Shown here one piece after another: positions 18,048-25,678 of a stretch of DNA of 64,000 nt. A program made the translations under genes and the position numbers. The notes under the pieces are model-generated. The model worked only from the letters and a program-made list of their open reading frames with translations. It did no database searches and was not told the DNA's origin. The stretch lies in contig JAVBQJ010000071.1 in assembly GCA_031549115.1 (NCBI GenBank), positions 7,451-71,450 of the forward strand, written 5' to 3'. The DNA comes from Victivallaceae bacterium (lineage in GTDB: Bacteria > Verrucomicrobiota > Lentisphaeria > Victivallales > Victivallaceae). Every line of letters starts with the position of its first letter. Position 1 is the stretch's first letter.

Positions 18048-18950
18048 CTATTTGGTTTTGCCGCGCCATTGCGCCGGGCTGGCGCCGTAGTAACGCCGGA
18101 AAGCGCGGGACAGCGCGAAGCCGCAGCTGAAGCCGGTTTTGCGGGCGATGGTATCGAGTTTGCAATCGGAATATTGCAGCATCCGCGCGGCGGTGTTCAT
18201 CCGGATCTCCTGCAGCATGGCGCCTGGGGATTTGCCGTAAATGCGGCGCACGGCGAGAAAGAGATTGGGGACCGACATGCCGGCCCTGCGGGCGAATTCC
18301 CGGAGATTCCAGGGGCGGTCCGGGTTTTCTTCGACCTCCTTGAACAGCATGCGGATACGGATCTGCTGCTCCGGGTCGCGGCCGAAGTTGGACAATTCCC
18401 GGTGAAGATACATCACCGCGGCGCGACACAGCAAATGCTGCATCACCGCGTCGCCGCTGCCGTGGATCGCGGTTTCGCTGTACAAGAGCTCCAATACCGA
18501 TCCGATATTTTCCGCCCATTCGGCCGGGCGCACGAGGCAATCCTGCGGCAGCCGTTTCTTCCAGCAGGCCGCGGCCGGGATCAGGTGAAACCACAGTATC
18601 GCCGCCGCCTCTTCGGCATGGTAGCAGTGCGGTGTTTCCGCTTGCAAGTAGATGACATTTCCCGCTCCAACCGTGTTGACCCCGGCGATGCCGCTGTCGC
18701 AGATCAATGCTCCCCGGGTCACATATAAAATGACATGGTACGGGAAATTGAAACGGTTGATCCGGTATCCGTCCGTCAGCTCGCTGATGCCGGCGACGTC
18801 GATCTCCCGGTCCGGCCACAGCCGGTCCGTCTCCTCTCCGAAAAAGATGAAACGTTCCCGGCACCCTACCGGAATGCATTGTACCTCGCGGGCATTTTTC
18901 ATGGTGACTTCCATATCCTTTATGATAACTGAAAAATCCCCGGTTGTCAA
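18048..18950 (-). CDS. AraC family transcriptional regulator (cupin-like sensor plus C-terminal AraC helix-turn-helix)
   Basis: C-terminal helix-turn-helix region LREFARRAGMSVPNLFLAVRRIYGKSPGAMLQEIRMNTAARML...LDTIARKTGFSCGFALSRAFRRYYGASP. Start is uncertain (alternatives at 18911 or 18902). Confidence 0.75.
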   Translation of the reverse strand: MTTGDFSVIIKDMEVTMKNAREVQCIPVGCRERFIFFGEETDRLWPDREIDVAGISELTDGYRINRFNFPYHVILYVTRGALICDSGIAGVNTVGAGNVIYLQAETPHCYHAEEAAAILWFHLIPAAACWKKRLPQDCLVRPAEWAENIGSVLELLYSETAIHGSGDAVMQHLLCRAAVMYLHRELSNFGRDPEQQIRIRMLFKEVEENPDRPWNLREFARRAGMSVPNLFLAVRRIYGKSPGAMLQEIRMNTAARMLQYSDCKLDTIARKTGFSCGFALSRAFRRYYGASPAQWRGKTK

Positions 18951-18978
18951 ATCGAAAGTTATGCTTTTCTCGATTTGA
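18947..18978. promoter_or_regulatory. Inverted repeat TCAAATCGA-N14-TCGATTTGA in the AraC/pseudopilin divergent region
   Basis: Perfect 9-bp arms. Half-sites TCAAAT/ATTTGA are the same hexamers as in the 20-bp palindrome upstream of the other two pseudopilin genes. Confidence 0.45.
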
Positions 18979-19101
18979 ACACATGGAATATCGATATTTT
19001 ATAATTTCGGTTATGCTATTTAGAAAATACGCTATTTGTGAAAACGTATTTCCGCACTATACTTATAAGCAACAACTCACACACTGAAAGGAGTCGATGT
19101 C

Positions 19102-19818
19102 ATGAACCGGAAAAATGGGAAAGCTTCCGATTCTCGGAACCGCGGCCGGAGTTTTACTTTGATAGAACTCCTGGTCGTGATCGCGATCATTGCGATTCTC
19201 GCCAGCATGCTGCTGCCGGCCCTGTCCAAGGCGCGGGCGGCGGCGCAGAATATCAAATGTGTCAACAACTTCAAGCAGATCGGCCTGGCGGCGGCGATGT
19301 ACCAGGGCGACAACAAAGACACGCTGGCGACCGGAAGGAATGGATTCTATGGCGGCACCGGCGAATGGGCCGGGCGTTTTCAGGGTTGGTGGCTGGATCT
19401 GGCGGTGACCGGATATCTGCCGGACGATTACGCCTATGACTGGTTCAGTGCCATCAACACGTTGGGCCACAAAGCCCTGGCTTGCCCGGTCATGGTCAAC
19501 AGCGGCGAGCGCTACAACTACGGCATCAACGAACTGCTGACCGGAGAATACTGCGGGTCGTTCCTGTATGGACGTACAAACTACGGAATGGCGACCGGCT
19601 TCGAAAATCCGTCGGGGCGCGCTTATCTGCTGGAGCCGACCGCCCGCGGCGACGGCATGTACATTTATACCACATTGGACACCGGCCGGGCGGTGGAGCG
19701 CGACCGTCACGGCAACTCCAGCAATGTGCTCTTCCTCGACGGCCATGCGGAGAGCATCCGTAAGGACGCGTTGAAAGATAGCCGCATCGAATTCCCCTGG
19801 AACGAAGCCACCGAATAA
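19102..19818 (+). CDS. DUF1559 family prepilin-like protein
   Basis: [41 protein letters not shown]-terminal [14 protein letters not shown] (the DUF1559 LFxDGHV motif). Ribosome-binding site gaaaggagtcgatgtcATG. Confidence 0.85.
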   Translation: MNRKNGKASDSRNRGRSFTLIELLVVIAIIAILASMLLPALSKARAAAQNIKCVNNFKQIGLAAAMYQGDNKDTLATGRNGFYGGTGEWAGRFQGWWLDLAVTGYLPDDYAYDWFSAINTLGHKALACPVMVNSGERYNYGINELLTGEYCGSFLYGRTNYGMATGFENPSGRAYLLEPTARGDGMYIYTTLDTGRAVERDRHGNSSNVLFLDGHAESIRKDALKDSRIEFPWNEATE

Positions 19819-19822
19819 CCGG

Positions 19823-21760
19823 ATGAATTGCCTGATTATGGAAGAGCATACTTTGATCCCGCGCCCGGAATATCCGCGTCCGCGTTTCGTCCGCCACCTG
19901 CCGTGGCAAAATCTCAATGGCCGCTGGCGCTTCGCCTTCGATCCCGGCAAAAGCGCCGCCGCCCGGGGGCTGGCCCGGAATCCCGAGCTTTACGACCGGG
20001 AAATTCTGGTGCCGTTCTGCCCGGAGAGCCGGTGTTCCACCATCGAATGCACCGACTTCATCGAAGCCTGCGCCTATTGCCGCGAATTCGAGATTCCGGC
20101 CTCCTGGGCGGAATACCGGATTCTGTTACACTTCGACGCGGTGGATTACCGCTGCCGGGTCTATGTGGACGGCGTCGAAGTCGGCGGCCATGCCGGCGGC
20201 GGCACCGGTTTCGAGTTCGAACTGGATATCGTTCCGGGCAAACACCTGCTGGCGGTGCTGGTCGCCGATGAGGTGCGTTCGGGGCGGCAGGGGGCGGGCA
20301 AACAATGCGCCTCCTATGCTTCCTTCGGATGCGACTACACCCGGGTCACCGGCATCTGGCGCACGGTCTGGCTCGAAACGGTCGCCGACGGCGCGCTCAG
20401 AAGCTGCGGGATTGTCCCCAATATCGATACCGGATGCGTGCTGCTGACGCCGGAATATTACCGCGCCCGTTCCACCGACCGGCTGCAGGCGGCGGTGCTG
20501 GACGGTGGCGTGGTCGTCGCCGAGGCGGAGTACGCGGTGGCGGCGGGAATGCCGCTGTCCATGGCAATTCCGGCTCCGGTGAAGTTGTGGAGTCCGGAGT
20601 CGCCGTTCCGCTATGAACTGCGGCTGCGAATCGAGCGTGACGGCGCCGTCGTCGACGAGGTGTCCGGCTATTTCGGCATGCGCAAAATCCATTGCGAAAA
20701 CGGCGTGTTCCATCTCAACAACCGGCCGTTTTTCGCCCGGCTGGTGCTGGATCAGGGGTATGATCCGGAGGGCCTCTGGACGGCGCCCTCCGATGCGGCT
20801 TTCGAGGATATGATCCGGAAAGCCAAAGCGCTCGGCTTCAACGGCGCCCGGCTGCACCAGAAGTTGTTCGAAGACCGCTATCTGGATTGGGCCGACCGGC
20901 TCGGCTTCGTGGTCTGGAGTGAATATCCGAGCTGGGGGCTGGATTTGCACGCCGCCGAAGCGCGGGAAAACTTTCTGCGCGAATGGCGCGAGGCGGTGGC
21001 GGAGCGGGTGAATCATCCGTCGGTGATCGCGTGGGTGCCGTTCAACGAAACCTTTCTCTTTCCCACTCCCGAGGGCAAGATGCGGGCGTTTCCGGATCCG
21101 GAGGCGCTGGCGGCATACCGGAACTTCATCACCGAAGTCTACGATCTGACCCGGCAGCTGGATCCGAGTCGCCCGGTGTGCGACGCGAGCGGCTGGTATC
21201 ATGTCAAAACCGACTTGTGGGCGGTGCACCTGTACCGCCCCGACGCGGCCGCGCTGCGTACCGCCTTGCGGGATGACGCCCCCTTTGTGATGGTGCCGGA
21301 ATACGAAGCGCCGTACGGCGGCCAGCCGTTTTTCGTCGACGAATGGGGCGGCTTCCGCTTCGTCGCCGATCCGGCGCGGCAATCGGCCTCCAATGCCTGG
21401 GGGTACGGCACCGATCCGGAGACGCGGGAGGAGCTGCTCGCCAAAATCGCCGAACAGCTTGATGTCCTGTTGGAAACGCCGGGACTTCAGGGCTATTGTT
21501 ATACCCAGTTGACCGATATTGAGCAGGAGGAAAACGGACTCCTGACTCCCGAACGCGAACCGAAGGCGCCGTTTGCCGACTTTTACCGGCTGTTCAGCCG
21601 GCAACCGAAAGATTTTTGCTATGAAACGAATGCCGCTTCTGATTTTCATGATTCTGATTTTGCATGCCGCCATCGGCGGGACCGAGCCGATGATTCCGCG
21701 TCTGGACTGGGAGCCGCGCTCCGATTGGGTGAGCGTCAAAACGCCGAAAACCTGGCATAA
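19823..21760 (+). CDS. Glycoside hydrolase family 2-like protein (beta-galactosidase/beta-mannosidase/beta-glucuronidase family)
   Basis: N-terminal sugar-binding jelly-roll. Motifs NGARLHQKLF and IAWVPFNE resemble the GH2 TIM-barrel acid/base region. No signal peptide. The last ~50 aa look non-homologous and overlap the next gene by 140 bp, so the true C-terminus is uncertain. Confidence 0.7.
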   Translation: MNCLIMEEHTLIPRPEYPRPRFVRHLPWQNLNGRWRFAFDPGKSAAARGLARNPELYDREILVPFCPESRCSTIECTDFIEACAYCREFEIPASWAEYRILLHFDAVDYRCRVYVDGVEVGGHAGGGTGFEFELDIVPGKHLLAVLVADEVRSGRQGAGKQCASYASFGCDYTRVTGIWRTVWLETVADGALRSCGIVPNIDTGCVLLTPEYYRARSTDRLQAAVLDGGVVVAEAEYAVAAGMPLSMAIPAPVKLWSPESPFRYELRLRIERDGAVVDEVSGYFGMRKIHCENGVFHLNNRPFFARLVLDQGYDPEGLWTAPSDAAFEDMIRKAKALGFNGARLHQKLFEDRYLDWADRLGFVVWSEYPSWGLDLHAAEARENFLREWREAVAERVNHPSVIAWVPFNETFLFPTPEGKMRAFPDPEALAAYRNFITEVYDLTRQLDPSRPVCDASGWYHVKTDLWAVHLYRPDAAALRTALRDDAPFVMVPEYEAPYGGQPFFVDEWGGFRFVADPARQSASNAWGYGTDPETREELLAKIAEQLDVLLETPGLQGYCYTQLTDIEQEENGLLTPEREPKAPFADFYRLFSRQPKDFCYETNAASDFHDSDFACRHRRDRADDSASGLGAALRLGERQNAENLA

Positions 21761-23948
21761 CCTGATCGCCGCCGGTGACGGTGTTGCCGACGATACCGCC
21801 GGCTTGCAGATGACGATCGCCATGGCGGCGCCGCAGGGGGGCACCGTTTACCTGCCGCCGGGGCGCTACCGGATTACCGATACGCTGCTGGTCGGGACGC
21901 TCCAGGAAAGCTCTGCCACGCGCCCGGAAGGTTTTTCGCTGATCGGCCACGGCCGCGATACCGTAATCGTCTGGGACGGTCCCGACGATGTGCCGATGGT
22001 GCGGTTGCTCGGAATCAGTGTGTCGCGGATCGTCGGAGTGACCTTCGACGCCGGCAACCGGGCGTCGAGCGTGCTGGAAATGGGGGGACCCGGTTTTCAG
22101 GCGCACAATCTGTTCCGGCATTGCGCGTTTTTGAACGCGAAGTTCGCCGGGATCGATACCGGGCGCAAGCGTATGAACACGGCGTGCACCGAGCAACGGA
22201 TCGACAACTGCCTGTTCGTCAATTGCGGGCGCGGCGTCAGCCTCGGCGACTTCAACGATTACGACTGCGTGATCGAGGGGAGCGAATTCCGCGACTGCGA
22301 TTACGGCGTGTGGACGTTCAAAGGGAACTTCTATTGCCGCGACAGCCACTTCGAACGCAGCCGCGAGGCGGACTTCCGGATCGAATCGGAACACACCAGC
22401 ACCATCCGGCGCTGCACCTCGACGGGCTCCAACCGCTTTCTGATCCAGCGTTCGCCACACTGTGGTACGGTAATTCAGGATTGCCGGGTGGCCGATTGGA
22501 AAGCCGCCGACGGCGCGATCCTGCAGAATATCGTCCCGGCGATGATTTTCGACAGTGTTTTCTCCGGCGCCGGACCGGTGATCCGCTTCATTCACACCGA
22601 CAGCGAGTCGTTGGTCGGCTGCAATAAAGGGGAGAATTCCAAGTACTTCAAGTTGATTTCCAGCGGCAACCGGATTGAAAACGCGCGTCCGTATCAGGCG
22701 GAGGCGGAGGTGCGGGTCTACGATATCCCGGTGACCGGTGATATGCCGGATTCCGGCCTCTCTGCGGCCACTTCGTTCCTGAAGACCCGCGCGGTTCACG
22801 GCGTCTGGAGTCCGGAAGCGCGCACCGCGGCAATTCCGGGAAAAATCTTCGACGTCAAGCGCGATTTCGGCGCCAAAGGCGGCGAGTACGACGACACCGA
22901 GGCGTTCCGCCAGGCGATCGCCGTCGCGAAAGCACACGGCAACGGTGCATTCGTCTACATGCCGCCGGGGCATTACACGGTGCGCGAAACCCTGAAGCTG
23001 GACGGCGACAACTATTACTTCGGCGGCAGCGGCGTCCGGTCGATCCTGTCGTGGTACGGTGCGGAAAACGGCACGCTGCTGCATGTGGATGCGCCGAAGC
23101 GGCTGGGGCTGGAGGGCTTCGAAACCATGCGGCTGGGCGGTCGCAAGGACGGCATCGACATCCTCCATACCGGAGGCGGCTCGGAGGAGTCGTTCACGAC
23201 CTACGACACGGTCCGGGTGTTCGGTTTCCTGACGCCGCAGCCGCTGGTGCGGGGGCTGCGTTTCCGCAATCTCGGCGCCAACGACCGGGTGGTGTCGAAA
23301 GGAACCTTCGGCAATTTGCACTTCATCGATTCGCAGGCGGCGGAAATCCTGTTCAACAACCATTACGAAGGCGTGATATTGGTCGAGGGCAAAAATCCGG
23401 AACGCACCGGTCTATTGGCATTTCAGTTCGCGCTGCTGGAGCTGTGCGATCCGTGTCTGTGGATCAAGGACAACAATTCGCTGGTGATGACCGACTTTTA
23501 CAATGAGCAGAGTACGTCGCTGTACCGCTTCGAGGGCAATGGCTCGCCGGAGCGCGGGCGGATTTCGCTCGGCTCGATCAAGGTGGAAGCGGTGCCGCGT
23601 TACGTCGAGGGATTCCAGGGCGAGATCACGCTCGGGACACCGCAGTATTACCAAAACAGCCTTCATGGACGCAGCCGCTTCGACAACGACGAAGCCTCCG
23701 ACGTCGATTACCTGGAGTTGGGCGGCTATTACTTCGTCCACAGTCTGGATTGGAACCGCCACCCCGGATTCCGGGCGCGCTTCCTCGGGACGGGAGGCGG
23801 GCCCGACAAAGATACCACGGCAGAGGAATTTCTGCGGCGCTATACGGATTCCATCGATCCCGAAGCATTGGAGCAGGCGGCGCGTTTCTTCCACGACATG
23901 CGCCGGGTCGGGGAATTGGATCTGCGTCTGAATTTCCCCGGTATCTGA
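21621..23948 (+). CDS. Secreted tandem right-handed beta-helix protein (two pectate-lyase-superfamily domains; GH55-like)
   Basis: Signal peptide MKRMPLLIFMILILHAAIGG. Two occurrences of the GDGxxDDTxA motif (AAGDGVADDTAGLQ; DFGAKGGEYDDTEAFRQAI), each followed by beta-helix-like repeats. A two-beta-helix architecture is characteristic of GH55 exo-beta-1,3-glucanases. The ORF track start at 21573 is upstream of the signal peptide. Confidence 0.65.
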   Translation: MKRMPLLIFMILILHAAIGGTEPMIPRLDWEPRSDWVSVKTPKTWHNLIAAGDGVADDTAGLQMTIAMAAPQGGTVYLPPGRYRITDTLLVGTLQESSATRPEGFSLIGHGRDTVIVWDGPDDVPMVRLLGISVSRIVGVTFDAGNRASSVLEMGGPGFQAHNLFRHCAFLNAKFAGIDTGRKRMNTACTEQRIDNCLFVNCGRGVSLGDFNDYDCVIEGSEFRDCDYGVWTFKGNFYCRDSHFERSREADFRIESEHTSTIRRCTSTGSNRFLIQRSPHCGTVIQDCRVADWKAADGAILQNIVPAMIFDSVFSGAGPVIRFIHTDSESLVGCNKGENSKYFKLISSGNRIENARPYQAEAEVRVYDIPVTGDMPDSGLSAATSFLKTRAVHGVWSPEARTAAIPGKIFDVKRDFGAKGGEYDDTEAFRQAIAVAKAHGNGAFVYMPPGHYTVRETLKLDGDNYYFGGSGVRSILSWYGAENGTLLHVDAPKRLGLEGFETMRLGGRKDGIDILHTGGGSEESFTTYDTVRVFGFLTPQPLVRGLRFRNLGANDRVVSKGTFGNLHFIDSQAAEILFNNHYEGVILVEGKNPERTGLLAFQFALLELCDPCLWIKDNNSLVMTDFYNEQSTSLYRFEGNGSPERGRISLGSIKVEAVPRYVEGFQGEITLGTPQYYQNSLHGRSRFDNDEASDVDYLELGGYYFVHSLDWNRHPGFRARFLGTGGGPDKDTTAEEFLRRYTDSIDPEALEQAARFFHDMRRVGELDLRLNFPGI

Positions 23949-24480
23949 GGAGTGGAGGGGGGAATGTGGTGATTATGCTAGTGGATGCGGGACCAAGTCC
24001 CGACAACCGCGGGGGCCTGGCCCCCATTCCCCCGGATCGCTCGGCCGCTCGGCTTCACGTATTTGCCGCCAATTGGCGGCAAATACTCTGTTCGCTGTTC
24101 ACTCCCTGCCGGTCGTTCGGGCGCGACCCCCTCAGCGCGCGAAAGCGCGCCGTTCGCCGGGGGAGGCTCCGTGCCGTGCTCCTTGGCGTCTGCTTCGCGC
24201 CGCCAATTCCTAACGGCACGGTCGCGCCTGACCGGCGCTCCCCCGTGCGCGATCGCAGGTTGATGGTTGGCGTCAGGCGTGTGAATCATGTCGAGTCCAC
24301 ATCCACGGCACACCGGCCGTTGGGGGCGCGCCACGGACAGCGGTATGGCACGCCATATCGCCGCGTCCTTTGCGTCTTTTGCGTCATTTTCCATGCGCAC
24401 GCTAGCCCAACCGGCATTCGCAGCAGAGGTGCAGGGTCCTGTGACCCTGCCGGGGGGCATGGGGCCGAGGAGCCCCCACA
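23949..24480 (+). repeat. About 500-bp GC-rich dispersed repeat, copy 1 (MITE/REP-like); contains a 28-bp perfect palindrome
   Basis: About 95% identical as a reverse complement to 50207..50700. The ORFs inside (24288..24551 + here and 50175..50408 - there) encode the same MSSPHPRHTGRW... peptide. Ends carry aatgtggggg/ccccacatt motifs. Palindrome GTATTTGCCGCCAATTGGCGGCAAATAC at 24059..24086. Confidence 0.7.
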
Positions 24481-25650
24481 TTAAACGTAGGAGCTTTCCA
24501 CCTCGATATGTGCCCGGAGACGCGGATCGGCGCGATGCAGTTCCGCCATGATGCGGCGTTGGATTTCCCGGTGTTCGAGGGGATAATCGCGCGGCACCAC
24601 GACATCGAATGCCACGCGGATTTCCCGTTCCGACCGGCTGGCGATCCGGAAATCGTGGATTTGCAGAAACGGGTCGATTTTGCCGACGATATCCTCTGCG
24701 AGGCCGGTCAGCCGCCGTGTTTCCGGATCGCTCGGGTCGATCGGGTCATAGTGCAGCGTCAGGTGCATATGCAGCTCCTGGCCGATCGATTTTTCTGCCC
24801 GGTCGAGCACATTGTGCAGCGAAAACGGGTCGTTGCGGTAATCGGCCACCGCGTGGGCGCTGGCGATATAGCGGTTTGGTCCGTAGTTGTTGATGATGAT
24901 ATCGTGGACGCCGAGAATTTCCGGCACCGCCAGCAAACGCTGGCGCAGCTTCTGCACCAGTTCGGCATCGGGACGCGTTCCCAGCAGCGGGCTGACCGTG
25001 TCCCGGATGATTTTCACGCCGCCGTAGATCACGAAACCGCCGACCAGGAATCCGAACCAGCCATCCAGGGGGAAGGGGGTCAACGGCGCCAGCGCCAACG
25101 ATAAAATCGTCAGCGACGTCACCAGCACATCGGACAAGCTGTCGAATGCCGCCGCCCGCACCGCCTCGGAGTCGATCAAACGGCCGATATAGCGGTTGTA
25201 GCCGTACATCCACAGCTTCAGCGCCAGCGAGGCGATCAGGATTGTCAAGGCAAGCCAACTGAAGAAGACCGGTTGCGGATCCCGGACCCGCTCCAGCGAA
25301 CTGCGCAGGAACTGCAACCCGACCGCGACGATCAGAAATGCCACCGCCAGTCCGGCGATGTATTCCATCCGTCCGTGACCGAACGGATGATCCTCGTCCG
25401 GCGGCCGTTCCGACATCCGGAAGCCCGCCAGCGTGACAATGGAGCTGGCTGCGTCGGAAAGGTTGTTGAAGGCATCCGCGGCAACGGCGATGCTGTTGGC
25501 TGTCAGCGCAATAAACAGCTTGACCGCGAAGAGAGCGAAGTTGCAGACGATGCCGAGTGCTCCGGCCAGAGTCCCGTACGCACCGCGGACCTTGGCGTCC
25601 TGCGTCCGGGTGTGGTCGCGAATAAAGAGCCGGACCAATAAGCGAATCAT
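24481..25650 (-). CDS. Cation diffusion facilitator (CDF) family metal efflux transporter
   Basis: Six transmembrane helices with signature SIAVAADAFNNLSDAASSIVTL and HGHGRMEY motif. C-terminal cytoplasmic domain. ATG at 25650 with ribosome-binding site GGAGG. The ORF track start at 25932 is an unlikely extension. Confidence 0.85.
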   Translation of the reverse strand: MIRLLVRLFIRDHTRTQDAKVRGAYGTLAGALGIVCNFALFAVKLFIALTANSIAVAADAFNNLSDAASSIVTLAGFRMSERPPDEDHPFGHGRMEYIAGLAVAFLIVAVGLQFLRSSLERVRDPQPVFFSWLALTILIASLALKLWMYGYNRYIGRLIDSEAVRAAAFDSLSDVLVTSLTILSLALAPLTPFPLDGWFGFLVGGFVIYGGVKIIRDTVSPLLGTRPDAELVQKLRQRLLAVPEILGVHDIIINNYGPNRYIASAHAVADYRNDPFSLHNVLDRAEKSIGQELHMHLTLHYDPIDPSDPETRRLTGLAEDIVGKIDPFLQIHDFRIASRSEREIRVAFDVVVPRDYPLEHREIQRRIMAELHRADPRLRAHIEVESSYV

Positions 25651-25678
25651 TTTTCGCCTCCGTAAATTATGGCAGCGC

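Noticed and set aside
24288-24551. 87-aa ORF (MSSPHPRHTGRW...) inside the 500-bp repeat and its 77-aa twin at 50175..50408
   Set aside because: Lies entirely within a hairpin-rich non-coding repeat. No ribosome-binding site, Pro/Arg/Ala-rich low-complexity translation, and the two copies diverge exactly where the repeats diverge. Most likely a spurious ORF in GC-rich DNA.
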